Below, piece by piece: positions 19,768 to 29,858 of a stretch of 64,000 nucleotides of DNA. The stretch lies in contig CBDCDC010000002.1 of NCBI GenBank assembly GCA_965215195.1, positions 3,776,001 through 3,840,000 of the forward strand, given 5' to 3'. The notes beneath the pieces are model-generated. The model was not told where the DNA came from. It made no database searches and was given only the letters and a program-made list of their open reading frames with translations. The stretch's first letter is position 1. The number at the start of each line of letters is the position of its first letter. The translations under genes were made by a program, and so were the position numbers. The DNA comes from Candidatus Latescibacterota bacterium. Its GTDB lineage: Bacteria > Latescibacterota > UBA2968 > UBA8231.

Positions 19768-20862
19768 ATGTTGCACTGGGCTGTATTGGGCGCGGCCTTG
19801 CTGGCCGCTGTCGCCGAGGGGCAATCGCGCTTTGACATTGACTACGTAGAGAGCATTGAGCCGCGGACCTATGTGGCGCAGCGCACGGCCGGGGCCATCG
19901 ACATCAACGGCAATCTCGACGAGCCGTCTTGGCAGCGGGCGGATTGGACCGCGCCTTTCGTGGATATCGAGGGCGAGCGCCGGCCGCTGCCGCGCCTACA
20001 GACGCGGGCCAAGATCTTGTGGGACGACGAGTACCTGTATATAGCTGCCGATTTGGAGGAGCCGCACGTGTGGGCTACCATCGCTAGGCGCGACGCGACG
20101 ATTTACCAAGAAAACGACTTTGAGGTCTTTATCGACCCAGACGGCGATACGCATCAGTACTACGAATTCGAGATCAATGCCCTCGGCACGGAGTGGGATT
20201 TGTTGATGGTCAAGCCCTACCGCGACGGCGGCCCCTTCATCAGCGCTTGGGACATCGCCGGCCTGCAAACAGCCGTGCGCGTGTGGGGCAGCATCAACGA
20301 CCCCAGCGACGAAGACGAGGGCTGGTCCGTGGAGATGGCCTTTCCGTGGGCCGTACTGGCCGAGGCCACGCACAAGAAGGTGCCGCCCGCGGAGGGCGAT
20401 CAATGGCGGATCAACTTTTCGCGGGTGCAATGGGCCGTGGCCAACGATGCGGGCAAGTACGTCAAAGTAGAGGGCCGCAGCCCGGACAACTGGGTCTGGT
20501 CGCCGCAGGGGCTGGTCGATATGCACTACCCGGAAAAGTGGGGGTTCGTGCAGTTTGCCGCCGAGGTCGTCGGGCGGCCAAAGACGCCCTTTCGCCCGGC
20601 CGCTGCCGAGGCGGCCAAGCAGGTCTTGCGCGGGATCTACTACCGCCAGCAGAGCTTTCGCCGCGAGCGCGGTCGCTATGCGTCCAGCTTGGACTCGCTC
20701 GGCATGGAGGCTCGGGTCTTGCAGCACTTTAGCTGGCCGCCGGTCATCCAAGTGACCGACCACCAGTTTGAGGCGCAGCTAGAGGAAGCCTCGGACTTGG
20801 ACGCAGACGGCGCGATCAACCGCTGGCTCATCCGCGCAGACTCGCGCACTTGGCGCGATTAG
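19768..20862 (+). CDS. Carbohydrate-binding family 9-like (DOMON) secreted protein
   Basis: GGAGGAG SD; INGNLDEPSW, LWDDEYLY, DFEVFIDP, YYEFEINALG, WRINFSR, WVWSPQG. Confidence 0.85.
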   Translation: MLHWAVLGAALLAAVAEGQSRFDIDYVESIEPRTYVAQRTAGAIDINGNLDEPSWQRADWTAPFVDIEGERRPLPRLQTRAKILWDDEYLYIAADLEEPHVWATIARRDATIYQENDFEVFIDPDGDTHQYYEFEINALGTEWDLLMVKPYRDGGPFISAWDIAGLQTAVRVWGSINDPSDEDEGWSVEMAFPWAVLAEATHKKVPPAEGDQWRINFSRVQWAVANDAGKYVKVEGRSPDNWVWSPQGLVDMHYPEKWGFVQFAAEVVGRPKTPFRPAAAEAAKQVLRGIYYRQQSFRRERGRYASSLDSLGMEARVLQHFSWPPVIQVTDHQFEAQLEEASDLDADGAINRWLIRADSRTWRD

Positions 20863-20876
20863 GGCCGGTCGCAAAA

Positions 20877-20905
20877 TTGCTCCGCCAGCGAAATCGCCCT
20901 ATAAT
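20877..20905 (+). promoter_or_regulatory. sigma70-type promoter for sodN
   Basis: TTGCTC-N17-TATAAT. Confidence 0.6.
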
Positions 20906-20947
20906 GCCTTGCCTATATCCACGAACCATTTCGCCAAGGAGGCCCTT

Positions 20948-21406
20948 GTGAAGAACGGAAAATTGATGCTCCTGCTCGCCTGTTGTCTTTTGGCCGCGGC
21001 CGCGCCCCTGTTGGCGCACTGCGAGATTCCCTGCGGCGTTTATGGGGATGAGGCGCGTTTTGCCGCGATTGAGGAAGATCTGACGACCATTGAGAAGTCC
21101 ATGGCGCAGATCGCGGCACTGGCCGGACAAAGCGACGCCCAAAGCGCGAATCAGCTAGCGCGGTGGGTGGCGAACAAGGAAGAGCACGCCAACAAAATCC
21201 AGCATGTCGTCGCCCAGTACTTTATGACGCAGCGGCTCAAGGAGGTGGAAGAAGGAGACGAGGCTATGGCCGCATATACCGGCAAGCTGGTGCTTTTGCA
21301 CAAGATGCTGCGGGGGGCCATGAAGTGCAAGCAGACGGTGGATGTGGAGCAGGTCGAGAAGATGCGGGCCTTGTTGCACGAGTTTAAGCACGCCTATCAA
21401 AACTGA
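20948..21406 (+). CDS. sodN: Nickel superoxide dismutase with Sec signal peptide
   Basis: Ni-hook HCEIPCGVY directly after hydrophobic leader; AGGAGG SD before GTG 20948; RWVANKEEHA. Confidence 0.9.
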   Translation: MKNGKLMLLLACCLLAAAAPLLAHCEIPCGVYGDEARFAAIEEDLTTIEKSMAQIAALAGQSDAQSANQLARWVANKEEHANKIQHVVAQYFMTQRLKEVEEGDEAMAAYTGKLVLLHKMLRGAMKCKQTVDVEQVEKMRALLHEFKHAYQN

Positions 21407-21429
21407 CGCATTGCCAAGTCTCGCTGGCG

Positions 21430-21466
21430 AAAGCCCCGTCTCCCGTCGTGGAGATGGGGCTTTTTT
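21430..21466 (+). terminator. Rho-independent terminator after sodN (possibly bidirectional)
   Basis: AAAGCCCCGTCTCC-loop-GGAGATGGGGCTTT followed by a T run, between convergent genes. Confidence 0.8.
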
Positions 21467-21469
21467 GTT

Positions 21470-24400
21470 TTAGCGGACGAGGACGAGCTTGGCGTAGCGC
21501 GGGGGGCCATGGGCGACGCAGAAGCGGGCGAAGTACGGGCCGGTGGCAGCCGCATGGCCGCGTTCGTCTCGGCCATCCCATAGGCTCCGGTGGACGCCGG
21601 GGTGGAGCGGTGCTTCTACGAGCGTACGCACGCGTTGGCCTTGGACGTTGTAGATAGCCAAGGAGACGGATGCAGCATGGCTGAGGTGGAAGCTGAGGTG
21701 GGCGGTTGCGTTGAAGGGGTTGGGCCAAACTTGGAGCGATGTTGCAGATGCCATTGCAGGGATTTTGGACGCTGGTTCGGGTGGCGTGTCTGTGGCTCGT
21801 CCGGGTGAAAAGGGAGCCTCGTTCAGGGAGGCGGTTTTGTGCGGGACAAACGCGCCGCCGGCCGGTGGCGAGCGCACGATAGACTGGTCTTTGGGCCAAG
21901 TGGCGTCCGAGACGCTGGCGACCTCAGTGCCGGTGTCGTCGATGAGGCGAATGTCCTCGCCGCTGTTGGTCAGTCCGTTGCCAATGCGTCCGTCGTCCGT
22001 ATAGACCGGGACGGTGAATCCCGACGGAGTGCCGCCGCCGAAGAGGACGACGTACGAGCCGGGGGCAATGACGGCGTCGGGCGGAAAGCGGAAGTAGGTG
22101 TCCGGCGCGGTGCTGTCGCCCAACCGCCAGCCGGCGAGGGAGAGGGTGTCTTGGCCGGCGTTGTACAGTTCGACGAATTCGTCTTCATATCCATTGCGCT
22201 GGCCATCTTGGTTGGCGTCGCCGGCCGCACCCGCAGGCGGATCGGCCAGCACTTCGCTGATGAAGAGGGTGGGGCCGGGCGGTTTTGGCGTGTCTGTGGC
22301 TCGTCCGGGTGAAAAGGGTGCCTCGCTCAGGGAGGCGGTTTTGTGCGGGACAAACGCGCCGCCGTTGGGTGGTGTGCGGACGATAGACTGGTCTTGGGGC
22401 CAAGTGTCGTGCAAGACGCTGGCGACCAGATCGCCGGTGCCGTCGATCAGGTAAATGGCTTCGCCGCTGTTGGTCAGCCCGTTGCCAATGCGTCCGTCAT
22501 CCGTATAGACCGGGACGGTGAACCCCGACGGAGTGCCGCCGCCGAAGAGGACGACGTACGAGCGAGGGGCAATGACGGCGTTGCGCGGGAAGTAGAAGTA
22601 AGAAAACAGTGACGCAGCGTCGCCCAAGCGCCAGCCGCTTAGGTCGATGGGTGTTGAACCGGCGTTGTACAGTTCGATGAATTCGTCTTCATATGGGTCG
22701 CGCTGGCCGTCTCGATTGGCGTCGCCAGCCGGGTCGGCGAGCACTTCGCTGATAAAGAGGGCGTAGTCCGGTTTGGGGACGGGCGGCGTTTTTTCTTTTT
22801 TGGTTTCGTCTGCGTTTCTGGGGCGATTCCGGGTGAAAAAGGGGCCTCACTCGGCGAGACGGTTTTGTGCGGGACAAAGGCTTCCTCGTCCGGTGGCGTA
22901 CTGACGATAGACTGGTCGTCGGGCCAAGTGGCTTGAGAGAGGAAGGCGATCTCATCGCCATGGTCGTCGATCAGGTGGATAGACTCGCCGCTGTTGGTCA
23001 GGCCATCGCCGATAGTTCCGTCGTCGGTATAGACGGGAATGGCAAACCCCGACGGGCGGCCGCCGCCGAAGAGGACGACGTACGAGTCGGGTTCAATGAT
23101 CGCGTCGCGTGGAAAGCGGAAGTAATCGCTCAGGGAGCCAGCGTCGCCCAACCGCCAGCCAGCTAGGGAGATGGGAACGGGGCCGGCATTGTACAGTTCG
23201 ATGAATTCGTCTTGATGTGGATCGCGCCGGCCGTCTCGATTGGCGTCGCCAGCCAAACCCTCGGGGGGATCGGCGAGCACTTCGCTGATGAAGAGGTCGT
23301 AGATCAAGATAGGCCGCGTTTTGGGGGCGTGGCCGGGGGAAAAGGGGGCCTCACTCGGCGAGACGGTTTTGTGCGGGACAAGTGCTCGGCCATCCGATGG
23401 GGTGCGGACGAGGGACTGGGTGTCGGGCCAAGTGGCTTGGAAGAGGGACGCGGCCTCATTGCCATGGTCATTGATCAGGTGGATGGACTCGCCGCTGTTG
23501 GTCAGGCCATTGCCAATGCGTCCGTCGTCGGTATAGACCGGGATGGTGAACCCCGACGGCCGGCCGCCGCCGAAGAGGATGACGTACGAGCGCGGAGCAA
23601 TGACTGCGTTGCGCGGAAAGCGGAAGTAATCGCTTATCGAATCAGCGTCGCCCAACCGCCAGCCGGCTAAGGAGATGGGAACAGGCCCGGCGTTGTACAG
23701 TTCGATGAATTCGTCTTCATATGGGTCGCACTGACCGTCTCGATTGGCGTCGCCAGCCGGGCCCTCGGGGGGATCGGCGAGCACTTCGCTGATGAAGAGG
23801 GAATAGGTGATGACGGGCCGCGTTTTTGGGGCGTGGCCGGGGGAAAAGGGCGCCTCACTTGGCGAGACCATTTTGTGCGGGACAAACGCGCTTCGCGCCG
23901 ATAGGATGCGGACGAGGGACTGGTCTTTGGGCCAATCGTCGTGCGAGACGACGGAGATCTCATGGCCGTTGTCGTCGGTCAGGCGAATGTCCTCGCCCTT
24001 GTTGGTCAGTCCGTTGCCAATGCGCCCGTCATCCGTATAGACCGGGACGGTGAATCCCGATGGAGTGCCGCCGCCAAAGAGGACGACGTACGAGCGAGGG
24101 GCAATGACGGCATCGGCTGGGAATCGGAAGTGGGTGTTCGGCGACCTGCTATCGCCCAAGCGCCAGCCGCTTAGGCTGATGGGTGTTGAACCGGCGTTGT
24201 ACAGTTCGACGAATTCGTCTTCATACCCGTCGCGCTGGCCGTCTCGATTGGCGTCGCCGGCTGCGCGGGAAGGCGGATCGGCCAGCACTTCGCTGATGAA
24301 GAGGTCGTAGGTAGGAGGCGGGCCGGACGATGTTTCGGGTGTTTCGGGTTTGGGCGTTTCGGGTGTTTCAGTTTCGACATCTATGGCGCGGCCGGGCGAA

Positions 24401-26919
24401 AAGGGTGTGCTGGTCGCCGAGGCCGTTTTGTGCGCGACCCATGTGTCGCTGTCGAGTGGATGGCGGACGAGGGACTGTTTGCTGGGCCAAGTGCCGTGCG
24501 AGACAACGGCGATCTCCGTGCCCGTGTCGTCGGTCAGGCGAATGTCCTCGCCGCCGTTGGTTAGTCCGTTGCCAATGCGTCCGTCGTCAGTATAGACCGG
24601 GACGGCGAATCCCGACGGAGTGCCGCCGCCAAAGAGGACGACGTATGAACTAGGATCGATGACGGCGTTGGGCGGGAATTGAAAGTGGGTGTCCGACGAC
24701 GCGCTGTCGCCCAAGCGCCAGCCGCTTAGGTCAATGGGACTTGAACCGGCGTTGTACAGTTCGACGAACTCGTCTTCATACCCGTCGCGCTGGCCGTCTT
24801 GGTTGGCGTCGCCGGCCGCACCCGCAGGCGGATCGGCCAGCACTTCGCTGATGACGAGGAGGTAGTCTGGGCTGGGGTTGGGCGGATCGACTGGCGGATC
24901 GACTGGCGGCTCGACCGGCGGCTCAATCGGTGGATCGACCGGCGGATCAATTGGCGGATCGACCGGCGGATCAATCGGCGGATCGACCGGCGGATCAATC
25001 GGTGGATCAATCGGTGGATCAATCGGCGGCTCAATCGGTGTTTCCGGTTCGGCATCTGTGGCGCGGCCGGGTGAAAAGGCGGCCCCGGTCGGCGAGGCGG
25101 TTTTGTGCGGGACAAAGGCTTCGCTGTCGAGTGGATGGCGGACGAGGGACTGGTCGTTGGGCCAAGTGCCGTGCGAGACAACGGCGATCTCCGTGCCCGT
25201 GTCGTCGGTCAGGCGAATGTCCTCGCCGCCGTTGGTTAGTCCGTTGCCAATGCGTCCGTCGTCAGTATAGACCGGGACGGCGAATCCCGACGGAGTGCCG
25301 CCGCCAAAGAGGACGACGTACGAACTAGGATCGATGACGGCGTTAGATGGGAATTGGAAGTGGGTGTCCGACGACGCGCTGTCGCCCAAGCGCCAGCCGC
25401 TTAGGTCAATGGGACTTGAACCGGCGTTGTACAGTTCGACGAACTCGTCTTCGTATGTATCGCGCTGGCCATCTTGGTTGGCGTCGCCGGCCGCACCCGC
25501 AGGCGGATCGGCCAGCACTTCGCTGATGACGAGGAGGTAGTCTGGGCTGGGGTTGGGCGGATCGACTGGCGGCTCGACCGGCGGCTCAATCGGTGGATCG
25601 ACCGGCGGATCAATTGGCGGATCAATCGGCGGATCGACCGGCGGATCAATCGGCGGCTCGACCGGCGGATCAATCGGTGGATCAATCGGTGGATCGACCG
25701 GCGGATCAATCGGCGTTTCCGGTTCGGCATCTGTGGCGCGGCCGGGCGAAAAGGGTGTGCTGGTCGGCGAGGCGGTTTTGTGCGCGACCCATGTGTCGCT
25801 GTCGAGTGGATGGCGGACGAGGGACTGGTCGTTGGGCCAAGTGCCGTGCGAGACGACAGCGATCTCCGTGCCCGTGTCGTCGGTCAGGCGAATGTCCTCG
25901 CCCTTGTTGGTCAGGCCGTTGCCGATGCGTCCGTCGTCAGTATAGACCGGGACAGCGAATCCCGACGGAGTGCCGCCGCCGAAGAGGACGACGTATGAAC
26001 CGGGATCGATGACGGCGTTAGATGGGAATTGGAAGTGGGTGTCCGACGACGCGCTATCGCCCAAGCGCCAGCCGCTTAGGTCGATGGGACTTGAACCGGC
26101 GTTGTACAGTTCGACGAACTCGTCTTCGTATGTATCGCGCTGGCCGTCTTGGTTGGCGTCGCCGGCCGCACCCGCAGGCGGATCGGCCAGCACTTCGCTG
26201 ATGACGAGGAGGTAATCTGGGCTGGGGTTGGGCGGATCGACCGGCGGCTCAATCGGTGGATCGACCGGCGGCTCAATCGGTGGATCGACCGGCGGCTCAA
26301 TCGGCGGATCGACCGGCGGCTCAATCGGTGGATCGACCGGCGGATCAACCGGTGGATCAATCGGTGGTTCCGGTTCGGCATCTGTGGCGCGTCCGGGCGA
26401 AAAGGCTGCTCCGGTCGGTGAGGCGGTTTTGTGCGCGACCCATGTGTCGCTGTCGAGTGGATGGCGGACGAGGGACTGGTCGTTGGGCCAAGTGCCGTGC
26501 GAGACGACAGCGATCTCCGTGCCCGTGTCGTCGGTCAGGCGAATGTCCTCGCCCTTGTTGGTCAGGCCGTTGCCGATGCGTCCGTCATCCGTATAGACCG
26601 GGACAGCGAATCCCGACGGAGTGCCGCCGCCAAAGAGGACGACGTATGAACCGGGATCGATGACGGCGTTGGGCGGGAATTGAAAGTGGGTGTCCGACGA
26701 CGCGCTGTCGCCCAAGCGCCAGCCGCTTAGGTCAATGGGACTTGAACCGGCGTTGTACAGTTCGACGAATTCGTCTTCATAGGTATCGCGCTGGCCGTCT
26801 TGGTTGGCGTCGCCGGCCGCACCCGCAGGCGGATCGGCCAGCACTTCGCTGATGACGACGTTGGCTTCGGCTAGGGACGCGAACCCAAGCAGAATGACGA
26901 GGGGCAGAAGACGGGCCAT
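21470..26919 (-). CDS. Giant secreted protein with 9 lamin-tail domains and a C-terminal FlgD/T9SS-like domain, split by a -1 frameshift at about 22789-22801
   Basis: ORFs 22639-26919 (7 LTDs) and 21470-22744 (2 LTDs + 'WPNPFN...IYNVQGQRVRTL...WDGRD...KLVLVR'); each LTD reads ISEVLADP...EF[VI]ELYNAG...L[SA]GWRLGD; adding one A in the AAAAAAGAAAAAA tract fuses them. Confidence 0.85.
24880..26366. repeat. Three arrays of 12-bp tandem repeats encoding (PP[IV][DE])n linkers
   Basis: GGCGGATCGACC/GGCGGATCAATC/GGCGGCTCAATC units at about 24880-25040, 25555-25715 and 26230-26366. Confidence 0.9.
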
Positions 26920-26930
26920 GCCCCTGCTTC

Positions 26931-26947
26931 TGCAAAAAGCGAGCCAA
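26931..26947 (-). promoter_or_regulatory. sigma54 (-24/-12) promoter for the LTD gene
   Basis: Minus strand TTGGCTCGCTTTTTGCA = GG-N10-GC, close to the TGGCAC-N5-TTGCW consensus. Confidence 0.6.
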
Positions 26948-27071
26948 GCTGTCGGCTAGGCCGTTATTTCTTTAGGAACAAATGGTTACGCGAAGGTAGC
27001 GCACCTCCGCGCCCGGGGACAATGCCCCATTTGGGACACAGTGATGCAGACTGGGGGTAACGCTTCTCCCA

Positions 27072-27677
27072 TCACTCCGGGACGACCAGCGGCGAGGCTT
27101 GGCCCCACTGGCCGGCAAAGACAAAGTTGGCCAAAGGTTTGCGAGTGCGGGGCAGGGCTTCGTACTCGCGGTAGCGCTCGGGCAGATCGGCCGGGTCGCC
27201 GGGGTAGCCCAAGGCAATGGCCGTGGCTGGTTCAAAGTGCTCGGGGATGGCAAAAACCCGTTGCGCTTTGGCCACGTCAAAGCCGGCCATCTGGTGCATG
27301 TACAAACCCTCGTCGAAAGCTTGGAGAGCCATTTGCGCCACGGCTTGGCCCACATCGTAAAAAGCGTGGCGATTGGGCTCGCTGTCTTCGTCGAGCAGTT
27401 GGGCTACCGATAGCATGAGCACCGGGGCTTTTGCGGCCCAACTGGCATTGCCGCGTGCGAGGCAGCCCAAAAGCTGGTCGAACAGTTCGGCCTCGGCTTT
27501 GGGAGCGACTATGAAATGCCAGGGCTGTTCGTTAAAAGAGGACGGGGCCCAGCGGGCCGCTTCAAACAGGCTGATAAATTTGGCCGGCTCCACCGGACGG
27601 TCGGCAAAGGCGCGGGGACTCCAGCGCTGGCTCAACAGAGCGTGGATGGGACGGGCGGTGTGGGCGATTTTGTTCAT
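27072..27677 (-). CDS. Nitroreductase family protein
   Basis: RWSPRAF, AARWAPSSFNEQPW, HQMAGFD, IALGY, RKPL. Confidence 0.9.
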   Translation of the reverse strand: MNKIAHTARPIHALLSQRWSPRAFADRPVEPAKFISLFEAARWAPSSFNEQPWHFIVAPKAEAELFDQLLGCLARGNASWAAKAPVLMLSVAQLLDEDSEPNRHAFYDVGQAVAQMALQAFDEGLYMHQMAGFDVAKAQRVFAIPEHFEPATAIALGYPGDPADLPERYREYEALPRTRKPLANFVFAGQWGQASPLVVPE

Positions 27678-27711
27678 TGGAATCTCTTGGACAAGTGGGG
27701 GTCTCAGCCGC

Positions 27712-28626
27712 TCAGACCCAGCGATAGGTGCGAGCGCCGCGGCTGGAGACGCGGGCGAATTTCCAAGCCGTCAGCCACTCTTGGCGGTCGCGCACTACGA
27801 GTTCGGGACTCTCTTGGCTGCGGACGAAAAGGCCCGGCAGGTGGGGCCGGCCATTGGGCTTGCGGGCGTCGTTCCAGCGCAGGTCCATGCTCCAGCGGAT
27901 CGCGTCCGAGCGGTTGGGCTGGCTGCCGTGCGGGGTGCGGCAGTGAATGGCGATCAGGCCGCCGCGCTGGACCGGGATGGTGATTGGGTCCCAAGGCGGC
28001 AGTTCTTCGGGAGCGACGGTGAAGCTGCCGCCTTGGTCGGCGGGGGGGCGCACGTGGCGGCGCAGCGGCTCGGTGTGGCAGCGAGGGTAGATCATCAGGG
28101 TGCCGTTTTCTTCATCGGCATCAACTAGGGGGATCCAAGTGGTGACGACGAGTGTGTCGTCGGCCTCGGGCAGGAGCACGCCGAGGTCTTGATGCCAAGC
28201 GGTGGAGCGCGCCCATTCGCTTTGCGAGAAGTTGCCGGCGTACTCGTGGCTGGCCGGGACTTTGGCGCGGATGTGCTGGCAAGGGTTGGCGTAGATTTCC
28301 GGGCCGATGAGCGATTCGAGCAGATTGAGCAGCCGTGGGTTGTGCAAAAAGGCGAAGATGTTGGGTCCCAGATTGGCGGGGAAGTTGAGGCCGGCCGCGG
28401 CGCTGGCGTCGGCTTTGGCGAGGGGGATCAGGCGTTTTGCAAAAGGCAGCTCGGCGTAGTCGCGGTCTATTTTGCCGGCTGCTAGCAGGCGTTGGGCCGC
28501 CTGATCGACGATTGCTTCCAATTCCTCTTGCACCGGATCCAAGTCTGCGGGGGTCAAGGCGTCGGGCACGTGGACGTAGCCCTCGGCGTGGAAGAATGCG
28601 AGTTGGTCCGAGCTGAGGCCGGTCAT
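27712..28626 (-). CDS. Phytanoyl-CoA dioxygenase (PhyH) family protein
   Basis: LSSDQLAFFHAEGY, WHQD, WIPLVD...NG, HGSQPNRSDAIRWS; likely ATG 28626. Confidence 0.85.
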   Translation of the reverse strand: MTGLSSDQLAFFHAEGYVHVPDALTPADLDPVQEELEAIVDQAAQRLLAAGKIDRDYAELPFAKRLIPLAKADASAAAGLNFPANLGPNIFAFLHNPRLLNLLESLIGPEIYANPCQHIRAKVPASHEYAGNFSQSEWARSTAWHQDLGVLLPEADDTLVVTTWIPLVDADEENGTLMIYPRCHTEPLRRHVRPPADQGGSFTVAPEELPPWDPITIPVQRGGLIAIHCRTPHGSQPNRSDAIRWSMDLRWNDARKPNGRPHLPGLFVRSQESPELVVRDRQEWLTAWKFARVSSRGARTYRWV

Positions 28627-28634
28627 TTTCAAAA

Positions 28635-29855
28635 GTTTGATCTCCGGTAAGTACTCTTTACTACGCGACACCTGGCCCGCACGAGGGTAGGCCCTACTGT
28701 CGTGTCCGCCCTCGACGTTGAACAGGTGGATGCCGCTTCCCAGATCGGAGACGATGGCGGCATCGTCGCCCCCTCTACGGTGCAGTGTGCGATTTGTCGG
28801 CTCAGATGCCAAAGCCGCAGCTATCCACGCGGGCGTCGGGGGCGGAGCGGTCGATCCAGATGCCGCTGCCGGTGCCGCGCAACGCCTCGAGCCGAGTCCC
28901 GGGTGATTAGAAGGTGCCGATGACCGAGACCCGATGGACGTGGCCTAAATCGGGAGAGGACGAGTACGCGTAATCGACCGCGTAGCGGTTCATGGTCAGG
29001 CCGGCCCCGGCACTCAGGCCCAGCGGATCCTCGTCTTGGGCACCGGTCTGTTGGGTGGTGTACCCGGGGCGGATGTAGAGGCCGCCGGCGAGCTGGACCT
29101 CGAGGCCGAAGGATAGGTACGAGTCGTTGTCGTTGGGCAAGTTGAAATCGGCCACCAAGAGCATGGGCACGGGCATGTGCGCGAGGCGATGGGCCATCCC
29201 CAGCCGGATGTGTACCGGCAGCGAATCCTTGAAGCCAGCCGTGTAGCCCGAGCGCACAAAACCGAGGTTGGCGATAGCTGCGCCGAGGGTCGTGCCCTCA
29301 ATCGGGGCGCGGACGAGGAGGCCGAGGTCGGCGAGATAAGCGTCCGCAGAAAATTCGGCGATAGTTGAATAGACGGCTTTTAGATTGGCGCCGATGGCCA
29401 GCCAGTCCGGCCCGAGCGGTTGGGCCACGGACAGATACGCGGCGAGGTCGGTCGCTGAGAAGGTCCCCAAATCGCGCCCTTCTGCGTCGGTGTGCCGCAA
29501 GTCGCCGTAGGATACGTAGTGGACGCTCAGGGCGCGTACGCGAGACCCCTTGGGGGCGGCGATGGAGGCGAAGCCGGCTTGGGAATCGACGAAATAGCTG
29601 TTGTAGGCGAGCGCGGCCGTGCGCTCGCTCAAGCCGAAAAGCCCGGCCGGATTCCAAGCCGAGGCTTCGATGTTGCCGGACACGGCCGCATAGGCCCCGC
29701 CGAGCGCGGCAGCGCGGGTGCCGACGCCGATCTTGAGAAAGTTGAAACCCGTGGTGCCGGCGTTGGGGTTGATCGCCGCCGCGGACGTCAGGGTCACAAG
29801 TAGGATGCAGGCTGGGAGGGCGCAGTATCTCATGGTTTGATCTCCGGTAAGTACT
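28635..29855. repeat. 21-bp perfect direct repeat (28635-28655 and 29835-29855) flanking the PorV-family gene
   Basis: GTTTGATCTCCGGTAAGTACT at both sites, 1200 bp apart. Confidence 0.9.
28907..29833 (-). CDS. PorV/PorQ-family outer-membrane beta-barrel
   Basis: FLKIGVGTRAAALGGAY, WNPAGL, C-terminal VDYAY...LGHVHRVS...F. Confidence 0.85.
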   Translation of the reverse strand: MRYCALPACILLVTLTSAAAINPNAGTTGFNFLKIGVGTRAAALGGAYAAVSGNIEASAWNPAGLFGLSERTAALAYNSYFVDSQAGFASIAAPKGSRVRALSVHYVSYGDLRHTDAEGRDLGTFSATDLAAYLSVAQPLGPDWLAIGANLKAVYSTIAEFSADAYLADLGLLVRAPIEGTTLGAAIANLGFVRSGYTAGFKDSLPVHIRLGMAHRLAHMPVPMLLVADFNLPNDNDSYLSFGLEVQLAGGLYIRPGYTTQQTGAQDEDPLGLSAGAGLTMNRYAVDYAYSSSPDLGHVHRVSVIGTF

Positions 29856-29858
29856 GTC

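Noticed and set aside
24880-26366. Regular short repeats as a CRISPR array or as Gly-Ser-rich plus-strand proteins
   Set aside because: 12-bp tandem units with no unique spacers; they encode Pro-rich linkers on the minus strand, and the GGST ORFs are antisense shadows
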